Of a stretch of 45,255 nucleotides of DNA, positions 1 through 8,967 are shown in pieces. The DNA is from a virus, in IMG/VR virus record IMGVR_UViG_3300028588_000003, positions 1 through 45,255 of that record, one strand, 5' to 3'. The position numbers and the translations under genes are program-made. The notes beneath the pieces were generated by a model. That model was not told where the DNA came from, did not search any database, and saw only the letters and a list, made by a program, of their open reading frames with translations. Position 1 is the first letter of the stretch. The number at the start of each line of letters is the position of its first letter.

Positions 1-127
1 GGCTATGGCTGCTGTGGTGTCACGCCTGGGCGCACAGGATCGTGCTGGAGCGCCGCAAAGAAATCGCATCAAAGCTGGAAGATTTTGAGAAGGACGGCGA
101 CCTCACCATCGTCGATAAACCAGGCCC
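1..127. repeat. Terminal overlap copy 1, identical to 45129-45255
   Basis: Base-by-base comparison of the two window ends shows 127 identical nt. The copy lies inside the terminase large-subunit reading frame. Confidence 0.95.
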
Positions 128-566
128 AGACGTGAAGGCAGTCGCCGACATTGTCTGCCGCGTTCGCGACACCGGTCTGCTGCCCGAAAAGCACGGCATC
201 GGCGTCGACGGCGCTGGTATCGGCGCGATCGTGAAGGAGCTGCTCCTGCGCAAATTCTCGGCTGAGCCAGAGCACGACATCGTCGCGATCTCGCAGGGCT
301 GGCGGCTGAACGCGGCGATCAAGGATACCGAGCGCGCGGTGGCCGGCGGCGAGCTGCTCCACGGTGGCCGCCCGCTCATGGCCTGGTGCGTGGGCAATGC
401 CCGCACCTACCAAGCCGGGAATGCGGTCGGCATCAACAAGCAGGTCAGCGGCACCGCAAAGATCGACCCGCTCATGGCGACCTTCGACGCCGCGCAGCTC
501 ATGACGCTGAACCCGATTGCCCGCGGCGACTCGGCTTACCAGAGCCGCGGCATTCTCATGATTTAA
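3..566 (+). CDS. terL: Terminase large subunit, C-terminal part (continuation of 43976..45255 across the circular junction)
   Basis: Frame is continuous with the ORF open at the window end (45170 corresponds to 42, same frame). The sequence VVGIDGGGLDDLLGL...AISQGWRLNAAI...LMAWCVGNA reads as a terminase nuclease-domain region. Confidence 0.9.
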   Translation, partial: LWLLWCHAWAHRIVLERRKEIASKLEDFEKDGDLTIVDKPGPDVKAVADIVCRVRDTGLLPEKHGIGVDGAGIGAIVKELLLRKFSAEPEHDIVAISQGWRLNAAIKDTERAVAGGELLHGGRPLMAWCVGNARTYQAGNAVGINKQVSGTAKIDPLMATFDAAQLMTLNPIARGDSAYQSRGILMI

Positions 567-574
567 GGAACCCC

Positions 575-1828
575 ATGGAACTTTTCGACGCCCTCCTCGC
601 CACGTCGCACTGGCGGGAGGATCAGTCGCGCCCGTCTAGCGCGTCGGTGTCAGCGGCCCTGACCAGCGCCGACCTGCCGGCGTTCATGCGCGGCGGCGAG
701 ACCGCCAGCGGCGAGTACGTCACAGCGTCCAAGGCGCTGGAGAACATGGCGATCCTGCGCTGCGTCAGCCTGATTTCCGAGTCGATCGGCATGCTGCCGC
801 TGAACCTGATCGCCAGGGGCGACGAGAAGGCTTATGCAACGGAGCACGCGGTGCACCGCCTGTGTAAGCACCGGCCAAACGAATACCAGGGGCCGTACAA
901 GTTCAAAAGCACGATGCAGCTGCGGGCGCTCCTGCGCGGCAACGCATACGCACGCATCATTTGGCGCGGCGCCACGCCGATCCGGCTAATTCCTCTGGAC
1001 TCGACCAAGGTGACGCCGCAGCTTAACGACGACTTCACGGTGCGCTACGAATACCGGCGCCCGGACGGCGGAATTCTCACGCTGCCGGCCCGCGACGTGC
1101 TTCATCTGGCCGATCTCGCCGATGACGAACACGGCCTGGTGGGCCTCTCGCGTGTGAAAAAGGCACGAGAGGCGATCGGTCTGGCCCTGCAAGCGCAGAA
1201 GGCCGCTGGCCGCATCTTCAAGAACGGCGTGATGGCCGGGGGCGCCCTGGTCTACCCGCGCAAGCTCGACCCTCAACAGATCGAAAACATCCGCCAGAGC
1301 CTGGAAGCGAACAGCGCCGGCGTGAGCAACGCCCACAAATGGATGGTCCTCGAGGATGGGATCACTGCCGAAAAGTGGGCCAATACTGCGCGCGACTCGG
1401 AGCTGGGCGGCAGCCGTGATCACCAGATCGAGGAAATCGCCCGCGCGTTCGGCGTGCCGCGCCCGCTGCTCATGATGGACGACACCTCCTGGGGCTCGGG
1501 CATCGAGCAGCTGGGCATCTTCTTTGTGCAATACGGCCTGCAGCACTGGTTCAACATCTGGGAAGACGAGATCGCGCTCAAGCTGCTGAGCGAGAAAGAG
1601 CGCGATCTCTACTACGCCAAGTTCAACGAACGCGCGCTGCTGCGCGGCACGCTGAAAGACCAGGCCGAATTCTTCGGCAAGGCCCTGGGATCCGGCGGCA
1701 GCCAGCCCTGGATGAAGGCCAACGAAGTCCGCGACCTGCAAGACCTGTCGAAGTCCAACGACCCGGCCGCCAACTCGCTGGAAAGCACCATCACAAGGAA
1801 AACGAATGTCCCTGCTGAAACTACCTGA
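575..1828 (+). CDS. Portal protein, HK97 family
   Basis: AAGGAA RBS at 565-570 precedes ATG 575. Lies directly after terL. The 417-aa product carries portal-like segments (NMAILRCVSLISESIGMLPLNL, HKWMVLEDG, FGVPRPLLMMDD). Confidence 0.88.
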   Translation: MELFDALLATSHWREDQSRPSSASVSAALTSADLPAFMRGGETASGEYVTASKALENMAILRCVSLISESIGMLPLNLIARGDEKAYATEHAVHRLCKHRPNEYQGPYKFKSTMQLRALLRGNAYARIIWRGATPIRLIPLDSTKVTPQLNDDFTVRYEYRRPDGGILTLPARDVLHLADLADDEHGLVGLSRVKKAREAIGLALQAQKAAGRIFKNGVMAGGALVYPRKLDPQQIENIRQSLEANSAGVSNAHKWMVLEDGITAEKWANTARDSELGGSRDHQIEEIARAFGVPRPLLMMDDTSWGSGIEQLGIFFVQYGLQHWFNIWEDEIALKLLSEKERDLYYAKFNERALLRGTLKDQAEFFGKALGSGGSQPWMKANEVRDLQDLSKSNDPAANSLESTITRKTNVPAETT

Positions 1829-2663
1829 AATCCGGGCCGATGCCCGCATCGCTACTGCGCAATTCGACCTGCGCCAGGACGCGCTGGACACCTGGGAGCC
1901 GGGCGTGCGCGCGGCCGCCGACGGCGACGCGAAGACCATCAGCATGTACGCGCCGATCGGCCAGACCTGGGACGGCGAAGGCGTCACCGCCCGCCGCATC
2001 GGCGCCGCGCTGCGCAACATCGGCGACAACGACGTGGTGGTCAACCTGAACTCCCCGGGCGGCGACTTCTTCGAAGGGGTCGCGATCTACAACTTGCTGC
2101 GGATGCACACGGCGAAAGTCACCATCAACGTGATGGGCATCGCCGCATCGGCGGCGTCGGTGATCGCGATGGCCGGCGACGAGATCAACATGGGCGAAGG
2201 CACGCACCTGATGATCCACAACGCCTGGGTGGTCGCCGCCGGCAACCGCCACGACATGGCCGAGGCCGCCGCCTACCTGGAGCCGTTCGACAACGCCATG
2301 CGCGACCTGTACGCGGCGCGCACCGGCCTCGACGGCAAGGTGATCGCAAAGATGATGGACGACGAGACCTTCATCAGCGCATCCGACGCGGTCGCCAAGG
2401 GCTTCGCCACCGGCAAGCTCGACCGCGCCGCGGTCACGAAAGACACAAAGGCGGCACAGCACATGAAGGTGCTGGCCACCGTCGAGTCCTCGCTCGCGAA
2501 GTCCGGCCTGAGCCGCACGGCGCGCCGCGAGACGCTCAACGCCCTATTCAACGGCAAGCCGGGCGCTGCCGTGGAACCTGATGCCACGCCGAGCGCTGGT
2601 ATCGACGAGACCGCAGCCGCCGCGCTGCAACAACTCCTCAACACCATCGAAGGAAAAGCATGA
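1806..2663 (+). CDS. Prohead serine protease, ClpP/S49-like
   Basis: VVVNLNSPGGDFFEGVAIYNLL...GIAASAASVIAMAGD...LMIHNAW is a ClpP-family signature. Positioned between portal and capsid, with an AAGGAA RBS. Confidence 0.88.
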   Translation: MSLLKLPEIRADARIATAQFDLRQDALDTWEPGVRAAADGDAKTISMYAPIGQTWDGEGVTARRIGAALRNIGDNDVVVNLNSPGGDFFEGVAIYNLLRMHTAKVTINVMGIAASAASVIAMAGDEINMGEGTHLMIHNAWVVAAGNRHDMAEAAAYLEPFDNAMRDLYAARTGLDGKVIAKMMDDETFISASDAVAKGFATGKLDRAAVTKDTKAAQHMKVLATVESSLAKSGLSRTARRETLNALFNGKPGAAVEPDATPSAGIDETAAAALQQLLNTIEGKA

Positions 2664-3889
2664 ACACCATTCGCACTCCAATCGCGCGCGGCATCCTGTC
2701 GGGCGTCCGCGCCGATTCGGGCAATGTCACGCAAATCGTCCAGCAGCTGCAGCAGGCCTTCGCGACCTTCAAGGCCGAGAACGACCGCCAGCTGACCGAG
2801 CTGAAGAAGGGCATCAACGATCCGCTGCAGGCGTCGAAGCTGGACCAGATTAACGCCGAAATCTCCACCCTGCAGGCCGCCGTCGACCAATTCAACACTC
2901 AAGCCGCAGCCTTCCAGATGAACGGCGCCGGCGGCGCGCGTGTCCTGGCCGACAAGGAATACAGCGATGCGTTCTCGGCGCACATGCGCCGTGGCGACGT
3001 TGTCGCATCGCTCAACAAGGGAACCGCTGCGGAAGGCGGCTTTACCGTCCCAATCGAATGGGACCGCACGATCACCGACAAGCTGGTGATCGTGTCGCCG
3101 ATGCGCGACCTGGTCACCGTGCAATCGGTCTCGGGCGCCGGCTACAAGAAACTGATCAACATGCGCGGTACCGGCAGCGGCTGGGTCGGCGAGACCTCGG
3201 CGCGCCCGGAAACCAATACGCCGCAGTTCGCCGAGCAGGGCTACGGCTGGGGCGAGTTGTATGCCAATCCGAGCGCTACCCAGCAAATGCTGGACGACAG
3301 CGAGCTCGATCTGGAGGCCTGGCTGGGCGGTGAAGTGCAGACCGAATTCTCCTTGCGCGAGAACGCCGCGTTCGTCAGCGGCGACGGCGTCAACAAGCCG
3401 CGCGGCCTGCTGACCTATGCCGCTGGCGGCACGGGCTTGCACCCGCTGGGCGGTATCCAGATCGTGAACTCGGGCGCCGCCGCAGCCATCACGTCGGACG
3501 CCATCTTCAACCTGGTGTACGCACTGCCGGCCGCATTTACCGGCAATGCGCGTTGGGCGTTCAACCGCAACACCCACCTCGGCATCCGCAAATTGAAGGA
3601 CGGCCAGGGCAACTACATGTGGCAGCCGTCGCTTGCAGCCGGCCAGCCGGCGCAACTGGCCGGCTACAACATCAGCGAGATCCCAGACATGCCGGATGTC
3701 GCCGCTAACGCGCTGTCCCTGGCGTTCGGCGACTTCAAGCGCGCCTACAAGGTGCTGGACCGCATCGGTGTGCGCGTTCTGCGTGATCCCTTCACCAACA
3801 AGCCGTACATCAGCTTCTACACCACGAAGCGTGTCGGCGGTGGCCTGGAGAACCCGGAGTGCATGAAGTTCATGCGCATCGCAGCCTAA
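2660..3889 (+). CDS. Major capsid protein, HK97 fold family
   Basis: 409 aa with an N-terminal coiled delta-like region followed by GGFTVPIEWDRTI and ENAAFVSGDGVNKPRGLL motifs. ATGA overlap with the protease gene. Confidence 0.9.
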   Translation: MNTIRTPIARGILSGVRADSGNVTQIVQQLQQAFATFKAENDRQLTELKKGINDPLQASKLDQINAEISTLQAAVDQFNTQAAAFQMNGAGGARVLADKEYSDAFSAHMRRGDVVASLNKGTAAEGGFTVPIEWDRTITDKLVIVSPMRDLVTVQSVSGAGYKKLINMRGTGSGWVGETSARPETNTPQFAEQGYGWGELYANPSATQQMLDDSELDLEAWLGGEVQTEFSLRENAAFVSGDGVNKPRGLLTYAAGGTGLHPLGGIQIVNSGAAAAITSDAIFNLVYALPAAFTGNARWAFNRNTHLGIRKLKDGQGNYMWQPSLAAGQPAQLAGYNISEIPDMPDVAANALSLAFGDFKRAYKVLDRIGVRVLRDPFTNKPYISFYTTKRVGGGLENPECMKFMRIAA

Positions 3890-3902
3890 TCCACCACCTG
3901 TG

Positions 3903-3930
3903 CGGGCCACTTCGGTGGCCCGTTTCTTTT
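3903..3930 (+). terminator. Rho-independent terminator after the capsid gene
   Basis: 8-bp GC stem CGGGCCAC/GTGGCCCG with a TTCG tetraloop, followed by TTTCTTTT. Confidence 0.75.
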
Positions 3931-3941
3931 CAGGAGTACAG

Positions 3942-4253
3942 ATGAAACTCATTGCAATCGCAGCGTTCAGCTGGGCGCACGCAGGCATCGCCGTAGAACA
4001 GTTCGAGCCGGACCAGGAAGTCGACACCGACGACCAGGACCTGATCGACACGGCCGTGCGCGAGGGCTGGGCAACGCCCGCAGGCGCGGAGGTGATCGCG
4101 CCGGCGCCAGATCCGGAACCGGGGTCCGATCCCGTGCCTGATCCCGCACCAGACCCGGCGCCCGATCCCGCGCCGGCGCCACGGTCGGAACCAGAAACCG
4201 AACTCGCCCCAGCACCTGCAGCGGCGCCGTCCGCCGGCCGCAAGAAGAAATAA
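3942..4253 (+). CDS. Hypothetical protein with Pro/Asp-rich (PDPx)n tail and KKK terminus
   Basis: AGGAG RBS at 3932-3936, high GC3. The C-terminal half is APAPDPEPGSDPVPDPAPDPAPDPAPAP. Confidence 0.6.
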   Translation: MKLIAIAAFSWAHAGIAVEQFEPDQEVDTDDQDLIDTAVREGWATPAGAEVIAPAPDPEPGSDPVPDPAPDPAPDPAPAPRSEPETELAPAPAAAPSAGRKKK

Positions 4254-4256
4254 GCC

Positions 4257-4424
4257 ATGGACGCCCGCACCGCTGCCTGGCTCGCAAAACTGCGTGCCGA
4301 GGCCGCGGTGCCCGGCACCATCCTGGTGTGCGCAGGTCAGCTGCGCATGCTCCCCGAAGACATAGTCGGCAAGTCCGACGACGAGCTGCTCGCCCACGTG
4401 AGCGCGCTGCTCGAGAAACGATGA
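4257..4424 (+). CDS. Small hypothetical protein (55 aa)
   Basis: Not in the ORF track because it is under 60 aa. Read by eye: ATG 4257 to TGA 4422-4424, strong GC3 bias, fills the gap between flanking genes. Confidence 0.5.
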   Translation: MDARTAAWLAKLRAEAAVPGTILVCAGQLRMLPEDIVGKSDDELLAHVSALLEKR

Positions 4425-4434
4425 AAGGCAGCAC

Positions 4435-4851
4435 ATGCCGCAACTCCAGAAATTCCAGGACTTCGCCGAGCAGGTGCTGCGCGCGAAACACGACTTCGGC
4501 ACGCACGTCTTCAAGGCCGTGCTGTCGAACACGGCGCCGGCCGCGACGGCTACGGTGCTGGCGGACATCGCCCAAGTGAGCGGCGGCGCGTACACCGCCG
4601 GTGGCTATGTGCTCGACGGCGTGTCGCTGTCCGAGACCGGCGGCACCGCCAAGGTCGTCATCACCGACGAGGTGATCACCGCCACCGGCGGTGCGATCGG
4701 CCCGTTCCGCTACGCGGTCGTCTACAACGATACAGCGACCGGCAAGCCCTTGGTCGGCTACGTCGACCGTGGCGACAGCATCACGCTGGCCGACGGCGAG
4801 GCGCTGACCCTCGACTTCGACGCGGCTGCCGGCGTCCTGACCCTGAGTTGA
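4435..4851 (+). CDS. Hypothetical virion-module protein (138 aa)
   Basis: High-GC3 ORF in the structural operon. No motif recognised. Confidence 0.65.
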   Translation: MPQLQKFQDFAEQVLRAKHDFGTHVFKAVLSNTAPAATATVLADIAQVSGGAYTAGGYVLDGVSLSETGGTAKVVITDEVITATGGAIGPFRYAVVYNDTATGKPLVGYVDRGDSITLADGEALTLDFDAAAGVLTLS

Positions 4852-4858
4852 GGCGCGC

Positions 4859-5740
4859 ATGCTCGCAAACTGGATCGCCCAAACCACAGGCACGCCGGGC
4901 GCTGGAAACCTGACCCTCGCTGCGGTTACCGGCTTCCCGACGTTCAACGACGTGCTGGGCCTGCAGCGTCGCTTCACCTACGTTATCGAGGACAGCAACG
5001 GCCAGCCGATCGAGGCAGGTATCGGCTACCTGAGCGATGCGACGACGCTGGTGCGCGAGCGCGTGACGGCGACCCTCGTCAGCGGCGTCTACGACGACAC
5101 CTCGCCATCTGCCGCCAACCTGGCAGCGGGCACTTACCGCGTTATCTGCGCCGGCGCTGCCGACGCGATCCAGGGTGCCTCCAAAGGAGTGAACCGGACG
5201 CAAGGCGGGACCCAGCGGGCGGTGTTCTCGCAGCATTTCACGGTGAACAACGCCAGCTCAAACGGGATTGCCCTACTTGCGGGGCGCATGCTGTTCATCC
5301 CATTTTGGCTGACCTGTTCGGCAGACCTCGACGCTCTCATCGTCCGCTGCGGCACCGGGGTGGCGGGCACGAGCCTGCGTATGGGTGTGTACGACATCGG
5401 CGCAGATGGGCACCCGAACAGACTTCTCGCTGAGACCGCCAGCCTTTCCAGTGCAACCAGCGGCGTCGATATCGTGGGTACCGTGCCACAAGTCCGGCTG
5501 CAACCAGGCTGGTATATCGTCGCCATCATCAGCGACGGGGCGCCGACGCTCGGTCGCGTGGACAATTCCGGACAGTTGCAATCGTTCCTGGCGCCAGCAG
5601 CGGCAAACGTGATCTCGACGAACGGAAGCCTGATCCTTGCAACCTCATACGGCCCATTTCCCAATCCGGCCCCGACGACGATGTCCGGCGGACAGCCGTC
5701 CAGCACCGGGGTTCCTGCAATCGCAATGAGGCTCGCATGA
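4859..5740 (+). CDS. Hypothetical structural protein, possibly fibre or decoration-like (293 aa)
   Basis: High-GC3 ORF. The Gly/Thr-rich N-terminus (TTGTPGAGNLTLAAVTGFPTF...YVIEDSNGQPIEAGIGYL) resembles fibre-like phage proteins, judged by eye only. Confidence 0.6.
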   Translation: MLANWIAQTTGTPGAGNLTLAAVTGFPTFNDVLGLQRRFTYVIEDSNGQPIEAGIGYLSDATTLVRERVTATLVSGVYDDTSPSAANLAAGTYRVICAGAADAIQGASKGVNRTQGGTQRAVFSQHFTVNNASSNGIALLAGRMLFIPFWLTCSADLDALIVRCGTGVAGTSLRMGVYDIGADGHPNRLLAETASLSSATSGVDIVGTVPQVRLQPGWYIVAIISDGAPTLGRVDNSGQLQSFLAPAAANVISTNGSLILATSYGPFPNPAPTTMSGGQPSSTGVPAIAMRLA

Positions 5741-6243
5741 TCAATTTCAACGGCAAAAACCAGTTCTCCAGTTGCATGCGGTTGATTGAGGTCGCTGGCC
5801 ATTACGTTCGTCTGGTCGACAACGTGCTGGAGGCGTCCGACCCTGTTGCGGTGCAGTCGATCATCGACAGCTACACCCTCGACATGGCGAAGGCCGAGCG
5901 GTCGCTGGCGGTCTCCCTGCATGCGAAGGCGCTGCGCGACAAGGTGACTGCCCCGATCGCTGCCGGTGAGATGGCAAGCTGGCCGATCAAGCGCGACGAG
6001 GCGGCCGACTATATGGCGGTGGGCGACGCAGCAACGTGCCCAGCGCTGCGGCAGGAGGCGCAGGCGCGCGGCGTCACCCTGGCTCAGCTGGTGGCGAAGG
6101 TGAACAGCAACGCCGCCCGTTTTATTGCGGCGGAGACGGCCATCGGCGGCGCGGACGGAAAGCACCGTGACGCGATCGCGGCACTGGAGACGTTCGACCA
6201 GGTGGCCGCCTACGACTTCAGCTCCGGCTGGCCGGAGGTCTAA
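5737..6243 (+). CDS. Hypothetical protein (168 aa)
   Basis: ATGA-coupled to the upstream ORF. High GC3. Confidence 0.65.
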   Translation: MINFNGKNQFSSCMRLIEVAGHYVRLVDNVLEASDPVAVQSIIDSYTLDMAKAERSLAVSLHAKALRDKVTAPIAAGEMASWPIKRDEAADYMAVGDAATCPALRQEAQARGVTLAQLVAKVNSNAARFIAAETAIGGADGKHRDAIAALETFDQVAAYDFSSGWPEV

Positions 6244-7131
6244 ATGGCTCTCGGCCTATCGCCCGTCGGCATCCGCCCGGTGGGGTTGGGCCCGGCCGCT
6301 GCCGCAGCGGTACCGCAGCCCAATAATCCGATTCAGGTAACAGCTGCGGCATTTCAGCTGGCCGGCGGCGACGTCACGATGCGCGTGTCGCGCCGCGTCG
6401 CCGTCCAGGCCGCGCAGCTGCAGCTCGCCGTCGCCGACGTCAGTGTCCGGGCGTCTCGCAAGATCGGCATCCAGCCGGCGGGGCTGTCCGCTGCCGTAGG
6501 TCAGGTCGACCTGCGCGCGGCGCGGCGCGTGGCCGTCTCGGCCGCCGACCTGGTGCTGCAGACTGGCGCGGCGCAGTTGCGCGCGGCCCGGCGCCTGCCA
6601 ATGGCGGCTGCCGAACTCACCCTGCAGCCCGGGTCGGCGCAGCTCCGCGCGGTGCGGCGCTTGGTGGTCACTCCAGCGGCCGCCACGCTGACCGGCGGCG
6701 CGATCGAGTTCGTCTACGCGCCGGCCGAGAGCGGGAACAGCTACAGCATCGCAGTGGCGCCGGCCGCGCTGGTCCTGACCGGCGGCACCGTCGCCATGCG
6801 CGTTACCCGGAAGATCGCTGTGGCGCCGGCGGCGCTCACCCTGGCGGCCGGCGACGTCCAGCTGCTCGTCGCGCGCAAGATCGGCGTCGGCGCCGCAGTC
6901 CTGCAGATGGGCGCCGGCCAGGCCCTGCTGCGCGCCACCCGCCGGCTGCCGGTCGACGCGGCCCAGCTGGCGATCACCGGCGGCGCCGTGACGCTCCGCT
7001 ACAGCTCCCAGGTGGAATACACCCGGGCCCCGGCCGGCAACGGCTATTCGCCGCAGCGTGTCGAGGTGCAATCCAGGCCCGCGCAGTTCGGCGGCAGCCG
7101 CCCCGCTTCAATTCAAAGGAACAACCGATGA
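6244..7131 (+). CDS. Tandem-repeat protein (about ten 22-aa repeats)
   Basis: GGAGG RBS at 6233-6237. The product is built of units such as VAVSAADLVLQTGAAQLRAARR, LPMAAAELTLQPGSAQLRAVRR and IAVAPAALTLAAGDVQLLVARK. Confidence 0.7.
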   Translation: MALGLSPVGIRPVGLGPAAAAAVPQPNNPIQVTAAAFQLAGGDVTMRVSRRVAVQAAQLQLAVADVSVRASRKIGIQPAGLSAAVGQVDLRAARRVAVSAADLVLQTGAAQLRAARRLPMAAAELTLQPGSAQLRAVRRLVVTPAAATLTGGAIEFVYAPAESGNSYSIAVAPAALVLTGGTVAMRVTRKIAVAPAALTLAAGDVQLLVARKIGVGAAVLQMGAGQALLRATRRLPVDAAQLAITGGAVTLRYSSQVEYTRAPAGNGYSPQRVEVQSRPAQFGGSRPASIQRNNR

Positions 7132-7676
7132 CAAAACGACTGGTGAAGGCGCCGGTGGGCCTGCCGGTGTCGCTGGCGGCCGCCATCTCGAAGGCGCGCG
7201 CCGACGGCGCCGGCATGGACGACGAGATCGACCTCGAGGTGCGCGGCATCGCCGGCGACGTGCAACACCAGCTGCAGCGCGCGCTGATCGAGCAGACCTG
7301 GGTGGTGACGCTGGACCGGTTCCCGGACGCGATCAAGCTGCCCATGGCGGCGCCGCTGATCGCCGTCGAGCACGTGAAGTACTACGACGTCGACGGCGCG
7401 CTGCGCACCCTGCACCCGGACGACTACCTGGTCGATTCGGCGAGCGAGCCGGCCTACGTGCTGCCCGCGCCTGGAAAGGCCTGGCCGGCGACCGCCGACC
7501 GCATCAACGCGGTCGAGGTGCAGTACCGCTGCGGCTTCGGGGTGGACCACACGGCGGTGCCGGCGCAGATCCAAAGCTATATCCTGGGGCGCATCGAAGC
7601 GACCTACGCGCCGGCCGAAAGCCGCAACGCGCAGTTTCTCGACGGCCTGCTCGATCGCTATCGGGTGTACGGCTGA
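7128..7676 (+). CDS. Head-tail connector protein (gp6-like)
   Basis: Position, plus a C-terminal pattern (VEVQYRCGFG...VPAQIQSYILGRIEATY) typical of QLRG/gp6-type connectors. Confidence 0.65.
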   Translation: MTKRLVKAPVGLPVSLAAAISKARADGAGMDDEIDLEVRGIAGDVQHQLQRALIEQTWVVTLDRFPDAIKLPMAAPLIAVEHVKYYDVDGALRTLHPDDYLVDSASEPAYVLPAPGKAWPATADRINAVEVQYRCGFGVDHTAVPAQIQSYILGRIEATYAPAESRNAQFLDGLLDRYRVYG

Positions 7677-8023
7677 TGGCGGCGCCGGTTCGACTCAACG
7701 AGCGCGCGAGCATCCAGAAGCGCGTGCCAGGGCGCGATCCCGAATGGAACACCGAGATTGACACCTGGCTGACGGTGGCGGAGCGCATCTGGTGCGAAGC
7801 TCAAGACGTGCTTCCCAGCCGTGCCGAGAAGGTCCTGGAGGGCCGCCAGGTGGCGACGTCGACAACGCGCTTCCGGATCCGCCGGCAGATTGCGATCGCT
7901 GCGGACATGCGCGTGATACTGCACGGCAAAGGCGACCGCGTGATGCAGGTGATCGCTGGCCCTGCGCACATGGACGACAAAACGCACGTCGAATGCATGC
8001 TGGAGGGCTACGGCGATGGCTGA
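7676..8023 (+). CDS. Head-tail adaptor / head closure protein
   Basis: 115 aa. The pattern LNERASIQKR...WLTVAERIWCEAQDVLPSRAEK...TTRFRIRRQ fits the SPP1 gp16/HK97 gp7-like pattern. ATG overlaps the upstream TGA. Confidence 0.65.
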   Translation: MAAPVRLNERASIQKRVPGRDPEWNTEIDTWLTVAERIWCEAQDVLPSRAEKVLEGRQVATSTTRFRIRRQIAIAADMRVILHGKGDRVMQVIAGPAHMDDKTHVECMLEGYGDG

Positions 8024-8501
8024 TGAAGGGGCAATCATTGGTGGGCGCGAACTCGACGCATTCCTGCAGCAGCTGCCGGTGAAGGTGGAGAAGAACATTC
8101 TTCGCGCGGCACTCCGCGCTGGTGCAGCTGAATTCCGCGATGTGGCGCGCCAGAACGTGCCGGTTGACGAGGGCGATCTGCGTGCCAGCATCCGGGTTAC
8201 CACCCGCGTCAAGCGCGGCACGGTCTTCGCGGGGGTGAAGGCCGGCGGTCGCCGCGCTCCACACTGGCACTGGATCGAGTTCGGCACCGCCGCGCACAAG
8301 ATCAAACCGAAAAAGCAGCAAGCCTTGGCTTTCGGCGGCACTGTGGCGCGCGAGGTGGACCACCCCGGCAGTCGGCCGAAACCCTACATGCGACCCGCGT
8401 TCGACAGCGGACAGCGCGCCGCGCTCGCCGCGGTGGCCAACAAGATCAGGGAGCGACTCACCCTGGAGGGCCTGAACTCACCAGCACCGGAGGAACGATG
8501 A
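8016..8501 (+). CDS. HK97 gp10-family tail-component protein
   Basis: GRELDAFLQQLPVKVEKNILRAALRAGAAEFRDVARQNVPVDEGDLRASI...HWHWIEFGT is a typical gp10-family sequence. Confidence 0.75.
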   Translation: MADEGAIIGGRELDAFLQQLPVKVEKNILRAALRAGAAEFRDVARQNVPVDEGDLRASIRVTTRVKRGTVFAGVKAGGRRAPHWHWIEFGTAAHKIKPKKQQALAFGGTVAREVDHPGSRPKPYMRPAFDSGQRAALAAVANKIRERLTLEGLNSPAPEER

Positions 8502-8896
8502 GCGCAGTAAAGGCAGTAATCGCCCTGTTGTTGGCGGCGCCCGATGTCGTAGCCCTGGCGGGAGATCGCGTGTTCCCTGGGGACGTTCCGCTCAAGCAGC
8601 TGCGCCCGGCAATTGCCGTTCGCGAGGTCGGAAACAACCGTGAAGGTGCCATTGATGCCCAGGCCGAGGCCTCGCTCGCCACCAGCCGCGTGCAGGTCAC
8701 CGTGCACGTAAAGGACTACCCAGAAATCGCCGGCGTCCTGCGTGCCGTTCGCAAGGCTTGCAACTTCGAGCGCGGCCTAATCGCCGGCGTCGACGTCGTC
8801 AGCATCGTGCGCGATCTGATCGGCCCAGATCTCGATTTTCCGGACGGCTGGGGCAAGAGCATCGACTTCATGGTCACGCATTACGAGCAGAATTAG
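8498..8896 (+). CDS. Tail terminator / tail completion protein (DUF3168-like)
   Basis: 132 aa, immediately upstream of the major tail gene. N-terminus VKAVIALLLAAPDVVALAGDRVFPG is typical of the family. Confidence 0.6.
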   Translation: MSAVKAVIALLLAAPDVVALAGDRVFPGDVPLKQLRPAIAVREVGNNREGAIDAQAEASLATSRVQVTVHVKDYPEIAGVLRAVRKACNFERGLIAGVDVVSIVRDLIGPDLDFPDGWGKSIDFMVTHYEQN

Positions 8897-8918
8897 CAAC
8901 ACCACACTTTCAACCCAG

Positions 8919-8950
8919 GCCCGCACAGCATTCCGCTTGCGGGCTTTTTT
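8919..8950 (+). terminator. Intrinsic terminator-like hairpin upstream of the major tail gene
   Basis: GCCCGCA...TGCGGGC stem followed by TTTTTT (8945-8950). Confidence 0.6.
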
Positions 8951-8967
8951 ATGCCCGAAGGAGAAAC

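Noticed and set aside
1-127. The terminal repeat as a genuine direct terminal repeat (DTR) of the virion DNA.
   Set aside because: It sits inside the terL coding sequence, and its 127-nt length is typical of an assembler k-mer overlap. It is better explained as circularisation overlap.
4085-4215. Short periodic CC(A/G)GA(T/C)CC(G/C) repeats, considered as a possible CRISPR or iteron array.
   Set aside because: The period is only 12 nt with no spacers, and it lies in frame within an ORF. It simply encodes a (PDPA)n low-complexity linker.
2273-4321. 682-aa minus-strand ORF antisense to the protease and capsid genes.
   Set aside because: It is a shadow ORF, typical of high-GC DNA. The product is Ala/Arg/Gly-rich and low in complexity. 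The plus strand carries unmistakable protease and HK97-capsid motifs.
5737-6243. Possibility that the 168-aa protein is a paralogue of the DUF4376-like protein at 17438-17932, which would imply a duplicated fibre plus chaperone module.
   Set aside because: Only the gene arrangement and a vaguely similar C-terminal ...AA-x-T/S-x-D-phi-AA...W ending are shared. The bulk of the sequences do not align by eye.
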